Source of the DNA: Candidatus Binatia bacterium
GTDB taxonomy: Bacteria > Desulfobacterota > Binatia > UBA9968 > JAJDTQ01
DNA length: 60,558 bases
Reading direction: 5' to 3'
NCBI GenBank assembly: GCA_022823055.1
Contig: JAJDXX010000050.1
Location: forward strand, 1-60,558
A model generated the notes under the pieces. The model was not told where the DNA came from, ran no database searches, and worked only from the letters and a program-made list of their open reading frames with translations. Each line of letters begins with the position of its first letter. Position 1 is the first letter of the stretch. The position numbers and the translations under genes are program-made. Positions 16,403 to 25,803 of this stretch are shown here, piece by piece.

Positions 16403-17863
16403 TCAGGGGGTACTGCGCGACAGATCGAGGGCGAACCCTTCGTTGCGAACGCGTATGTGCGCGTAGTCCCCGCGCTTGGTGAAGCCCTCCACCAGCCGGG
16501 TCAACGGTTCGGCGTCGAAGGGGTAGTCGCGGGGCGGGCCGGCGGCGCGCATGGTGTCGATCTCCTGCCGGGTCAGGAAATAGCGCAGCAGCAGCTCCTC
16601 GTCCGACACGCCGGGGCCGCCGTACCGGGCGCGCAGTTCCTGGATGGTGGGCTCCGGCGGCTCCCACGCCGCCAGCTCCCTGGCGCGCGGACAGGCGAGG
16701 ATACGGTCCTTGACGTCGGGGTCCATGGAGTCGCTGCCTTCCCGGCCCCAGCGCCCCAGGGCGTAAAGGATCACCTGGTCGGTGATCTCCTTGTAGCGCT
16801 CGCCCACGATGATGTTGATGGCCGCCTGGCTGCCCACGAACTGGGACAGCGGCGTCACCATGATGGGATAGCCCAGTTCCTCGCGCACCCGCACCACCTC
16901 CTCCAGCGCCCGTTCCATGTGGTCGCCGAGGCCCACCCGGGCGAGCTGGTGGCGCAGGTTGGAGATCATGCCCCCCGGCACTTGGTGCAGGTACTGGCTG
17001 CAGTCGTACTCCACGGGCGCGCCGATGGGCAGCCCCTCCCGCCGAGCGGTCTCGTAGAAGTACGCGGACACCGGCCGCAGCACATCCTCGTCCACCGCGG
17101 TCTCGTAGCCCAAGCTCCGGGCGTTGGCGGCGACGTTGAACAGCGACGGGTTGGACGAGCCGTTGGCCAGGGGCGGCAGCGCGGTGTTGATGATGCGCAC
17201 CCCCTGCTTGATGGCCTCCAGGGCGCATAGCGGTCCGAGGCCGGTGGTGCAGTGGGTGTGGAACTCCAGCGGGATGTCGCCGATGTTCGCCCGGATGAGC
17301 GGCACCAGCGCGCGGGTACGGTCCGGCGTCAGGAGGCCGCCAGGGTCCTTGAAGCAGATCCGCGCCACCGGCACCGTCGCCGCTTGCCGCGCCCGCTCGG
17401 CGAAGTAGGCGTCGGTGTGCTTGGGCGATACCGAATAGATGATGTTCAGGATGGGCTCGAGCCCCGCCTCGGTGGCGATGCGCACCGTCTTGCGCCACCC
17501 CGCGACGTCGTTCCACTCGTCGGAGATGCGCCCCTGGCGGACGCCGTTGGCTGCCATGCGCTCCAGGAAGATGCGTTGGATCACTTCCGGCGTCAGCTCG
17601 AAACCGTTGCGGCTGCCGATGATGACCCGCAGCGGCGTTTCGCGGATGACCCCGGCCACCAGCCGGATACGCTCCCAAGGGTCCTCGTGCAGCTCGCGCA
17701 CACACTTCTTGATGTGCGAGCTGGACATCAGCTCCATGCCCCTGAACCCCGCCCTGTCCATGCGCTCGCCCACCGCCAGCATCATGCCCGTGCGCATGGA
17801 CTCCGCCCACAGGCTCTGGTGCCCGTCTCGCAACGTCGTGTCCACGAATTCAATGGGTTCCAT
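16403..17863 (-). CDS. Carboxyltransferase of pyruvate carboxylase subunit B / oxaloacetate decarboxylase alpha family, no biotin-carrier domain
   Basis: DTTLRDGHQS, EDPWERIR, FKDPGGLL, FHTHCTTG, HQVPGGMISNL, GYPIMVTPLSQFVGSQA; no MKM motif. Confidence 0.9.
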   Translation of the reverse strand: MEPIEFVDTTLRDGHQSLWAESMRTGMMLAVGERMDRAGFRGMELMSSSHIKKCVRELHEDPWERIRLVAGVIRETPLRVIIGSRNGFELTPEVIQRIFLERMAANGVRQGRISDEWNDVAGWRKTVRIATEAGLEPILNIIYSVSPKHTDAYFAERARQAATVPVARICFKDPGGLLTPDRTRALVPLIRANIGDIPLEFHTHCTTGLGPLCALEAIKQGVRIINTALPPLANGSSNPSLFNVAANARSLGYETAVDEDVLRPVSAYFYETARREGLPIGAPVEYDCSQYLHQVPGGMISNLRHQLARVGLGDHMERALEEVVRVREELGYPIMVTPLSQFVGSQAAINIIVGERYKEITDQVILYALGRWGREGSDSMDPDVKDRILACPRARELAAWEPPEPTIQELRARYGGPGVSDEELLLRYFLTRQEIDTMRAAGPPRDYPFDAEPLTRLVEGFTKRGDYAHIRVRNEGFALDLSRSTP

Positions 17864-17961
17864 GGGTGTTTCCTTCTCACGTCCGTCGCACCGGCACAAC
17901 CCCGCGATCGGGCGTTTCCTCCACTTGAGAGGCGGCGAGGACTAACGAAGGGGACAGGGCA

Positions 17962-18450
17962 CTAGAAGAACACGACCAGCAGGATGAGGCTGATCAGGCC
18001 GCCGAGCATGAAACACGCGGCGCTGATGGTGCCGGCCAACGTGGTGTAGTCCGCGAGGCGGAAGGTCTCGCTTTCGACCGAGAAGAGGACATTCGTGCGA
18101 TCCAGGTTGCCGTCGACGAACTGTTTCAGGCCGTTTTCCGCCCCCTGCGCCTCTTTCACGGAGACCATGGTCACGAGGATCAGGGTCAGCGCCGACATGA
18201 GGATTCCGGTTCCGAACACGACCAGGGCCAGCAGGAGAGACCAATGGTAGAACGCGCTTTCGGTCCTTGCCGCATTGCTCATGAACCCGATGATCAAGGC
18301 GCTGCCGCCCGCGTTCCCGTAGAGCAGCATGCGCCCCGACTCGGTGATGAGCCGGAACATGGTGCCGCGCCGCAGCGCAATGACCTTGTACAGCTCGCGC
18401 AACCACTCCTCGCCGACTTCTTCGGTGGAAAACTCGTCGATCCTTTTCAA
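17962..18450 (-). CDS. Small hypothetical membrane protein (about 3 TM)
   Basis: Hydrophobic segments; TTG start overlaps the stop of the upstream binding-protein gene. Confidence 0.7.
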   Translation of the reverse strand: MKRIDEFSTEEVGEEWLRELYKVIALRRGTMFRLITESGRMLLYGNAGGSALIIGFMSNAARTESAFYHWSLLLALVVFGTGILMSALTLILVTMVSVKEAQGAENGLKQFVDGNLDRTNVLFSVESETFRLADYTTLAGTISAACFMLGGLISLILLVVFF

Positions 18451-19634
18451 GGCTGCCCTCTCCCCCCGTCGATTCGCTGCCCCAAGTCGGTCAGCCTGAC
18501 GAATTTCGCTCCGACGTTCGTTCCGGGCTGGAACTCGACCGCCCAGTCATCGATGAGCACGACGCCGGAGGCCAAAGCCTGCTGCAGGAAACGCTCCCGC
18601 GTCCACTCGTCGCCCAGGCGCTCCAGCACCGTGATGACGAAGCGGCCGAGAATGTAGCCCTCCAGGGACAGTTCGTTGAACACGGGTGGAGCCGACCCCG
18701 CCTCCCGTTCGCTCGCCGCTAGAAGGGCGCGCTGATAGCTGCGGACGATCCGCCTCTTCGTGTCCGTCGGGTTCGGCATCACCTCGGTCACCAGGATCCT
18801 GTCGCTCGGCGTCTCGACTCTCTTACGCAGCTCGGAAGACAGGACAAAGGACAGGTTGCCGATGATGTAGTCGTGCCCCAGGCCGTTCGCCAGGTTGATG
18901 ATCTCCGCGTTGGCCGCGTAAGGCCCGACGATCAGAATGGCGTCGAGATCGGCCTTCGCCAGGATGAAGAGGCCCGCGTGGACGGCATGCGTATTGCGCG
19001 AAAAGGCCGATTTCGCGAGGATGTGAAGTCCGTGTTCCCTGAGCACGGTCTGGTAGTTCTTCAGGACCGAGCGCCCGAAGGCGTCGTCCTGGTAGAGGAT
19101 GCCGAAGCGCTTCTTGCCGCGTTTGCGAACGACGTGGTCCACCATCGCGCGGAGTTCCTGGAGGTAGCTCGCCCTCAGATTGACCACGTGCGGATTCCGC
19201 TTGAAGTCCCCCAGGAAGTCGGCGCCCGTGATGTGGCCCACGAAGGGGATGCCGGCCGCTCGCAGCACCGGCACGATGCGCTTCGCCGTCGGCGTCCCCA
19301 CCCCGCCGATGACCGCGAGCACATCGTCCTTGGAAGCGAATCTCTCCGCGTTCGCCGCCGCCATCTCCGGCTCATAGCCGTCATCGAGCGAGATCAGCTC
19401 CAGGGACCTCCCGTTGACTCCTCCCTTGGCGTTGCGTTCCCCGAACGCCGCGAGGAGGCCCGCGCGATAGTGGATTCCCAACTGCCTGTTGGGCCCGGAG
19501 AAACAGGCGCTTTGCCCGAAAACGACCGCTTTCGCATGGACTCCGGGGGCGGCCGCCGAGACGCCCGGAGCCAGCAAGCATCCGAACACCAGCAGCGACA
19601 ACCATCGAAACGCGCGGGACGCCCGGTCCGTCAT
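18447..19634 (-). CDS. Periplasmic binding protein, LivJ/branched-chain amino acid (type 1) family
   Basis: Signal peptide, FGQSACFSGP, GGVNGRSLELISLDDGYEP, GGVGTPT, LRASY, YQDDAFG, SLEGYI. Confidence 0.9.
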   Translation of the reverse strand: MTDRASRAFRWLSLLVFGCLLAPGVSAAAPGVHAKAVVFGQSACFSGPNRQLGIHYRAGLLAAFGERNAKGGVNGRSLELISLDDGYEPEMAAANAERFASKDDVLAVIGGVGTPTAKRIVPVLRAAGIPFVGHITGADFLGDFKRNPHVVNLRASYLQELRAMVDHVVRKRGKKRFGILYQDDAFGRSVLKNYQTVLREHGLHILAKSAFSRNTHAVHAGLFILAKADLDAILIVGPYAANAEIINLANGLGHDYIIGNLSFVLSSELRKRVETPSDRILVTEVMPNPTDTKRRIVRSYQRALLAASEREAGSAPPVFNELSLEGYILGRFVITVLERLGDEWTRERFLQQALASGVVLIDDWAVEFQPGTNVGAKFVRLTDLGQRIDGGRGQP

Positions 19635-19638
19635 GGCT

Positions 19639-20928
19639 TCAGTTCCCTCCGTGTTGCCCGCGGCCCGGGCCGTCGTTGAGCGTCTTCTCCACCATCGACC
19701 TCAGATTCGCCTGCTGGGCGGCGCTGCGGCGGCGGGAACCGCCGTGACGATGGGAAAAGATCGAGGGCGTGTCGAATATGAGCGACCGGGGATTGGCCTC
19801 CCTCGTGTGGTCACGCTCGGCTCGCGGGCTGTGGAAGCGGCCCTCGATCAACGGCTTGTCGGCCGTGACGCTCTCCAGGGCATGCACGTTCAGCGGCATG
19901 GTCGATCTCGACAGCCGCTCGCCGGGAGCGGCGGGTGAAGGCGGGGTGTGCGCCGCGACCGCCGTCGGGGGGACTCCCGCGGCGCCGTCGATCATGTTGA
20001 TGTCGATGTTCGACGCCTCGCCCGGGTTGACGACCGACAGGCTCGCCTCGGCGAAGATCGTGCGCATCCGTTGCCAGTAGCGTGTGATGGCAACCTGGTT
20101 CGGGTTTTTCCTGTATTCGGCCAGCAGGTCCGTGAAGACCTTCGCGCTGCTGCGCGCCTGGACGAGCCGCGTCCGGGCGCTCGCCCTGGCGTCCGTCACC
20201 AGCGCTTCGGCCTGCCCCTTGCTGCGCGCAAGCAGTTGCTCTCTCTTGCGATTCGCCACGCTCGCGACTTCTTCCCGCTCCGCGATGGCGTCGTTGACGT
20301 CCCGGAACGCCTGGAGCGTCTCCTGGATCGGGCGCACGTCGACGATGTTGAGCGAGACGATCTCCAGACCGAAATCCAGCGCTTCGAGGCGCTTGACCAC
20401 GTCTTCGAGCAGATGTTGTTGAATGACGTCGCGATTCGAGGTGAAGATCAGGTCGATGAAGTTCTGCCCGAGGATATTGATCAGTTCCTCGCGAACGAAC
20501 GCGGTGAGCAGCGAGACGGGGTCGGCGGACGCGAACAGGTACGCCCTCAGGTTGTCGATCTTGTACTGGATGGCGACGTCGGCCTCGATGAGGTTGGTGT
20601 CTCCGGTCAGGATGGTGAAGTTCGCCTGATTGCCTTTCGTGCTCGACACCTCATGCCCGAGGATCCGTTTGACCTTTCGAATATGCATCCGCTCGACGAG
20701 CGGAACGGCGTAGCCCAGCCCCGGACCGACCTGCGCATCGACCACTTTCCCGAAACGGGTGCGTACGCCCTGCTCCTCTTTCTTGACGACGTAGAAGCCG
20801 GTGAGCAGGTAGCCGAAAACGGCGATGGCGACAAGGATCCAGAGGATCGTCTTGTAGCGCCCCTCGAGGAAGTCGAAGGCGGCGTAAATGGCCCGCGTGC
20901 TCGGAGGCAGGGAGTGTGCTTCGCTCAT
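19639..20928 (-). CDS. HflK-like SPFH protein (copy 2) with ~110-aa C-terminal extension
   Basis: TM, GFYVVKKEEQGVRTRFGK, LTGDTNLI, IQYKI, AFRDVNDA, EYRKNP. Confidence 0.88.
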   Translation of the reverse strand: MSEAHSLPPSTRAIYAAFDFLEGRYKTILWILVAIAVFGYLLTGFYVVKKEEQGVRTRFGKVVDAQVGPGLGYAVPLVERMHIRKVKRILGHEVSSTKGNQANFTILTGDTNLIEADVAIQYKIDNLRAYLFASADPVSLLTAFVREELINILGQNFIDLIFTSNRDVIQQHLLEDVVKRLEALDFGLEIVSLNIVDVRPIQETLQAFRDVNDAIAEREEVASVANRKREQLLARSKGQAEALVTDARASARTRLVQARSSAKVFTDLLAEYRKNPNQVAITRYWQRMRTIFAEASLSVVNPGEASNIDINMIDGAAGVPPTAVAAHTPPSPAAPGERLSRSTMPLNVHALESVTADKPLIEGRFHSPRAERDHTREANPRSLIFDTPSIFSHRHGGSRRRSAAQQANLRSMVEKTLNDGPGRGQHGGN

Positions 20929-20942
20929 CGGATGAATCCGCC

Positions 20943-21836
20943 CTACCGAGGTATTTCCTTGCTGTCGAGATACTTGAACAGCTCGTTGTCCGCGGGCAGC
21001 ATGAGGGTCGTGTTCCCGTCGATGATCCGGTCATAGCTGTCGAGCGCACGGAGGAATTTGTAGAACTCCGGGTCCTCCTCGTAGGCCTTGCCGAGCAGCG
21101 CCATCGCCTCGGCTTCCGCCTTTCCGAGAATGGCGGTGGCCTCGGCGTGGGCTTCGGCGATGATCTTCTCGTGCTCGTTGATGGCCCGGGCCTCGATGCG
21201 GATCGCCATCTCCTCGCCCTCGCTGCGATAGCGCGCGGCGATGCGGGCGCGTTCGGAGATCATCCGTTGGATCACGCTCGGCCGGTTCGACACCGGCAAG
21301 GTGTACTCGACGATTCCCGTCCGCAGCACGTCGATGCCGTAGTCCTTCTTCGCGACCGGAGCGATGAGCTCCTGAATCTTGTTGGCGGCCGCGGTCAGAT
21401 TCTCGTGCTCCAACCCCAGGCTGATGAAGGCGTCCTGGGCCTCGTTGCTGATGACGATGCCGCTGCTCGACATGTAGAGGTCCTTGAGTCGCTGGATGGC
21501 GTTCTGGCCGGTCCGGATCGCCTCGACGTAGAGGATGGGGTCCCGGACGCGCCACAGCAGATATCCGTCGACATGAACGCTCTTCTGGTCCTCCGTGATC
21601 AGTTCCTGTGTCAGCCCGGTCATGGCGTGAATGCGCCGGTCCACCTTGTATATCCTGGATATGGGCCGGGGCCATTTCAGGTGGAGTCCGGGTTGCCTGA
21701 CGGGAGGCGATATCTTCCCGAAGTGGGTCAACACGCCCTGCTGCGTCTCGTCGACGATGTAGAAGGAATCGTACGCTATGACGAGCAGGATGATCGCGGC
21801 AATGGATGCGGCGATTTTCCTTGATCTCGAGGTCAT
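20943..21836 (-). CDS. HflC-like SPFH protein (copy 2)
   Basis: SFYIVDETQQGVLTHFGK, LITEDQKSV, WRVRDP, RMISERARIAARYRSEG, DPEFYKFLRALDSY, LFKYL. Confidence 0.92.
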   Translation of the reverse strand: MTSRSRKIAASIAAIILLVIAYDSFYIVDETQQGVLTHFGKISPPVRQPGLHLKWPRPISRIYKVDRRIHAMTGLTQELITEDQKSVHVDGYLLWRVRDPILYVEAIRTGQNAIQRLKDLYMSSSGIVISNEAQDAFISLGLEHENLTAAANKIQELIAPVAKKDYGIDVLRTGIVEYTLPVSNRPSVIQRMISERARIAARYRSEGEEMAIRIEARAINEHEKIIAEAHAEATAILGKAEAEAMALLGKAYEEDPEFYKFLRALDSYDRIIDGNTTLMLPADNELFKYLDSKEIPR

Positions 21837-24337
21837 TTCGCTTCTCCCCGCTTCTCCCCCGATTTCTCCGTCTGCTCAGGGCTCGCGGTCCTTTTGCCTT
21901 GGGCGCCGGCGAGTTTTCGGGGTTCTTCCGGCTTTCCCTTGGCGCTGCTCTGTTCGCCATGGTTCGGAGGGTTGGCCGGGCTCTTGGCGGATTCTTCGGG
22001 TCTTTTCTCCCCGGCAGCCCCGTTGCGATGGTTCATGCCGTCGGCCGCTCCGTTCTTCCCGTGCGCCGGACGCATGTGTCCGCTACCCGCCGGCGATTTC
22101 CTCTTCCACAGCGCGACCTTTCCGAGGCTGTCCTGGTTGGGAACGATGATCTTCGGATTGCGGGAAAGCGCGATTTCCAGCTTCTCGCGCCACAGCATGT
22201 TCCGAAGCACGTCCGGCGAGACCTGCATGGCCTTCGCCACCCTCCGGATCGCATCGGCTTCCGCGCCCGATGTCGCCACCCGCGAATACGCCCGGCCGTC
22301 GGCCTGCTTCACCTCGTAGTCGGCATTGCCGTGCGCCTGGGGAATCATCGACACCAGGAGCCGCTGCGCGTTGACGATGATCCTCTCCTTGTCCTCCTGC
22401 GCGGTGGACACCTCGCGGAATGCGCTTGTGGTCTCGGCCACGGGGCGGATCTCCGACAGGCTCACCTTGACCAGCTCGACACTCTCGAACACCGAGGGTC
22501 CCGCGTCCTGTGCTGGATCCTTCCCCGTGAACAAGCCGCCGACGTGCCCTTCGAGGGTCCCGCGATGGACGGTGAGCAACTGCTCCAGGGGTCTGGCGGA
22601 TACGAAGGAACGCACATGGTCCCGGACAGCGTCCCGGATGAGGCTCGGCGCGTCGATGATCCGGTAGTGGTAGGTGTACGGGTCTTTCACTCGATATTGC
22701 ACGTTGACGGTGAGGGAGACGAGGTTCAGGTCGCCGGCCACGAATTCGCGTGATTCCCCGCCCATCATGGACTTCACTTCCCGGACCGGCCATTTGTCGA
22801 TCCGGGCGAAGGGCGGGGGAGCGAGGTAGTGCAGCCCCGGCTGCAGATCCTTCCAGTAGACCTTGCCGAAAAGGCGGCCGTAGCCGACCGAGCCCGGGGG
22901 CACGACCGCGAAACCGTTGGCGAGGTAGACGGCGACGATCAGGGCGAGGACCATCATGCCCAGAGGCGTCTTGGGGGAGATGGCGCCCAGCGCGGGGCGG
23001 CCCCGGCTCAGTCGCGTCCACGTCCGCACCAAGGGTTCGGACATGTTGCGGACGTTTTTCGTCAAATCCGACCAGCCGGTTCGCAGGGCGCCGGCGCGGA
23101 ACCGCCAGACGACCAGGGAGATGAAGGCGAAGGTGCTCACGTACTGGAAGAACAGGATGTTCGGCGAAGTCGAGGCGCTCAGGTTCAAGGGCAGCGTCAG
23201 GGCGGCGGCGGCCAACAGGACGTCCACGAGGATGGCCACGAGGACGGTCACCACGATGACCACGGTGACGTAGATGGACGCGAAGCGCGTGCCGAACTGG
23301 TGCATGATGACCGCGATGGTTCCCGAATTCGTGGCCGGCCCCGTCATGAGAAAGATCAGCGCCGCTCCCGGACTGAAGCCCTTGGCCACCAGCGCGGCGG
23401 CGATGGGCGTGCTTGCGGAGGCGCAAATGTAAAGCGGGACGCCGATCAGGACCATGATCGGGTAGGCCGCCCACTGGGCGTATTCGTTGTCCATCAGGGT
23501 GTCGGGAATCGCCAGATAGAGCAGTCCTCCCACGGCGACGCCGAAGAGCAGCGAGAACAGGATGTCGTCGGCGATCTCCACGAAACCGTGGTGAAAGATG
23601 TGCCTGACGATGGTCTTGAAGCTGGGCAGGTTGTATCCCGCGGGGAGTTCGACGTCTGGAGTGTCCTGCGGCTCTTCCTCGGCCGCCATTTCCTCGCGAT
23701 AGAACTCAGGCTTGACCCAGAAGGTGATCCTCCGGTTGGCAACCTTCGCCAGGAGCGTCCTGAGGCCGTAGCCCATGGCAATCTTCAGTTGTGAAGGGCT
23801 GATGCAGCAGTCGTCTTCGCTTGGAATGAGATGTTCGTGCGGGCCGTGATCGTGGTCATGGTCGTGATCGTGGCTGCCGTCGTGCTCTTCCTTCAGAATA
23901 CCGCCGTCGCCTCTGATGAGACCGATGCAGAAAATGCCGGCCACGACCGCGGTGATGAAGCTGATGACGGGCCGGACGATCGCCGCCACCCATCCGAAGA
24001 AGGCGTTGGTGACGAGAATCGAATCCGCTCCCGTTTCGGGAGCGGTGATCAGGAAAGACATGCAGGAAGAGCGGGAGGCACCCTTCCGCCGCATCTCGGT
24101 GACCACCGGCACCACCGAGCAACTGCAAAGCGGCACGGGCACGCCGACGGCCGCGCTGACGCTGACCGACTTCAGACTGTCGTCACGAAGCCACCGGAAA
24201 ACCGCCTGGCGGGATATGAATACGTGAAACAGTCCCGAGAGGAACAGCCCGAGCAGGAGCATGGGCGACAACAGAAGCAGCGACATCCACAGAAAGTGGA
24301 AGAAATCGACCAGCAGGCTCCACAATTGAACAGACAT
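21833..24337 (-). CDS. ArsP/DUF318 permease fused to HflK-like SPFH domain, copy 2
   Basis: GVPVPLCSCSVVP, APETGADS, His-rich loop, GVPLYICASASTP, GPATN; then TM + VVPPGSVGYGRLFGK, PGLHY, AGDLNLV, VQYRVKDP, AFREV; ATGA overlap with the hflC-like gene. Confidence 0.9.
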   Translation of the reverse strand: MSVQLWSLLVDFFHFLWMSLLLLSPMLLLGLFLSGLFHVFISRQAVFRWLRDDSLKSVSVSAAVGVPVPLCSCSVVPVVTEMRRKGASRSSCMSFLITAPETGADSILVTNAFFGWVAAIVRPVISFITAVVAGIFCIGLIRGDGGILKEEHDGSHDHDHDHDHGPHEHLIPSEDDCCISPSQLKIAMGYGLRTLLAKVANRRITFWVKPEFYREEMAAEEEPQDTPDVELPAGYNLPSFKTIVRHIFHHGFVEIADDILFSLLFGVAVGGLLYLAIPDTLMDNEYAQWAAYPIMVLIGVPLYICASASTPIAAALVAKGFSPGAALIFLMTGPATNSGTIAVIMHQFGTRFASIYVTVVIVVTVLVAILVDVLLAAAALTLPLNLSASTSPNILFFQYVSTFAFISLVVWRFRAGALRTGWSDLTKNVRNMSEPLVRTWTRLSRGRPALGAISPKTPLGMMVLALIVAVYLANGFAVVPPGSVGYGRLFGKVYWKDLQPGLHYLAPPPFARIDKWPVREVKSMMGGESREFVAGDLNLVSLTVNVQYRVKDPYTYHYRIIDAPSLIRDAVRDHVRSFVSARPLEQLLTVHRGTLEGHVGGLFTGKDPAQDAGPSVFESVELVKVSLSEIRPVAETTSAFREVSTAQEDKERIIVNAQRLLVSMIPQAHGNADYEVKQADGRAYSRVATSGAEADAIRRVAKAMQVSPDVLRNMLWREKLEIALSRNPKIIVPNQDSLGKVALWKRKSPAGSGHMRPAHGKNGAADGMNHRNGAAGEKRPEESAKSPANPPNHGEQSSAKGKPEEPRKLAGAQGKRTASPEQTEKSGEKRGEAK

Positions 24338-24399
24338 TCTGAATTACCAGTTCTTATTCGACGACACCGGCACTCTCGATAGACAAGGGCTATTGCGAA

Positions 24400-24530
24400 C
24401 TCATGGAAGACAAGAATATAATCAATATTGATATTGGAAAATTGATATCGAAAAACTATGTTAAATTCTCTTCTGGTTTTTGCCGGAAAACTACATTAAG
24501 TTCTTTTTTTGGTTTTGACAAGCATATTCA
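24400..24530. promoter_or_regulatory. AT-rich divergent promoter region with palindrome ATCAATATTGAT and an imperfect ~30-bp direct repeat
   Basis: Palindrome 24421-24432; AAAACTATGTTAAATTCTCTTCTGGTTTT (24452-24480) vs AAAACTACATTAAGTTCTTTTTTTGGTTTT (24487-24516); TTGACA at 24515-24520. Confidence 0.6.
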
Positions 24531-24587
24531 TCGCTTTGAGGAGAACGTTTCAACGGTACACCTACAGTACAAGGTCGGGGGAATTGC

Positions 24588-25757
24588 ATGAACGGCAAGC
24601 GAGAGAGCCAAGAGGGTGCTGAATCATCCGAAGCGCGGACTCCCCTTGTCGCCTGGTGCGTCGTCGCCGTGATGATCTACCTGCTGCTGCTGGCGGTCGA
24701 TCTGATCAACCACGGCTTCAAACAAGCGACCGGCGGCGCCGAAAGCGCCCAGGCGCTGTTCGCCTTCGCCACGAACCCGTTCATGGGCGTCCTGCTGGGC
24801 GGCCTGGTCACGGCGCTCGTACAATCGTCGAGCACCGTCACGTCGATCATCGTCGGAATGGTGGCGGGAGGGTTGCCCGTCTCGGTCGCAATTCCCATGG
24901 TGATGGGCGCCAACCTCGGCACGACGATCACCAACACCCTGGTCAGCTTCGGTCATGTCGGCAACCGTGACGAGTTCCGGCGCGCGTTCGCGGCGGCCAC
25001 CGTGCACGATGGGTTCAATCTCCTGAGCATTCTTATCTTCTTGCCGCTGGAGATGGCGTTCGGCCTTCTGGAACGCCTGAGCGGCGCCCTCGTAGGTCTG
25101 GCGAAGCAGTTCGGCTCCCACGATTTGGGGGGGCTGGACTTCGTGGAAGCCGTGGTGGAACCGGTAAGCGATCTCATCGAAATTCTTGTGTCTCCCCTTC
25201 CGGGACCTTGGGCCGGCGTCGCGTTGATCGTCCTGGGCGTCGCTCTCATCCTGGTGGCGATCATCCGGCTGAGCGCCGCGCTCAGGACGGTGATGGTCGG
25301 AAAGGCGAATCAGCTCCTGCACACGGCGGTCGGGCGGGGACCCATCTCGGGCATCGTGTCCGGGACGGTGGTGACCGTAGTGGTGCAATCCTCCTCGACG
25401 ACCACCAGCCTGATGGTGCCCCTGGCCGGCAGCGGCGTGTTTCGATTGGGTGAAGTGTATCCGTTCACTCTCGGCGCCAACATCGGCACCACCATCACGG
25501 CGCTGCTGGCCGCGACGGTGACCGCGAGCGGCAGCCTCGAGACCGCTCTCCAAATCGCACTGGCGCACTTTCTCTACAACCTGCTGGGTGTCGTGTTGAT
25601 CTACGGGATACCCTGGCTGCGGACGCTGCCGATGCTGGGGGCGGAGTGGCTCGCCCGCGTAGGGAGCGAGCGCAAGGGGCTGGCGATCGCCTATACCCTC
25701 GGGATGTTCTTCGTCGTTCCGGGCGTTCTCGCTTTTGTCGGCACGCAGTTGTTTTGA
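24588..25757 (+). CDS. nptA: Na+/phosphate cotransporter (NptA/SLC34-like)
   Basis: Two QSSS motifs (VQSSSTVTS; VQSSSTTTS), GANLGTT/GANIGTT, AATVHDGFN. Confidence 0.92.
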   Translation: MNGKRESQEGAESSEARTPLVAWCVVAVMIYLLLLAVDLINHGFKQATGGAESAQALFAFATNPFMGVLLGGLVTALVQSSSTVTSIIVGMVAGGLPVSVAIPMVMGANLGTTITNTLVSFGHVGNRDEFRRAFAAATVHDGFNLLSILIFLPLEMAFGLLERLSGALVGLAKQFGSHDLGGLDFVEAVVEPVSDLIEILVSPLPGPWAGVALIVLGVALILVAIIRLSAALRTVMVGKANQLLHTAVGRGPISGIVSGTVVTVVVQSSSTTTSLMVPLAGSGVFRLGEVYPFTLGANIGTTITALLAATVTASGSLETALQIALAHFLYNLLGVVLIYGIPWLRTLPMLGAEWLARVGSERKGLAIAYTLGMFFVVPGVLAFVGTQLF

Positions 25758-25803
25758 GACGGGGAATTGTTCGTGGTCGTAACCGGGAAGGTGCCCTGAG
25801 AAA

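Noticed and set aside
24403-24591. 62-aa AT-rich ORF
   Set aside because: Atypical composition, occupies the divergent promoter region, no motifs.
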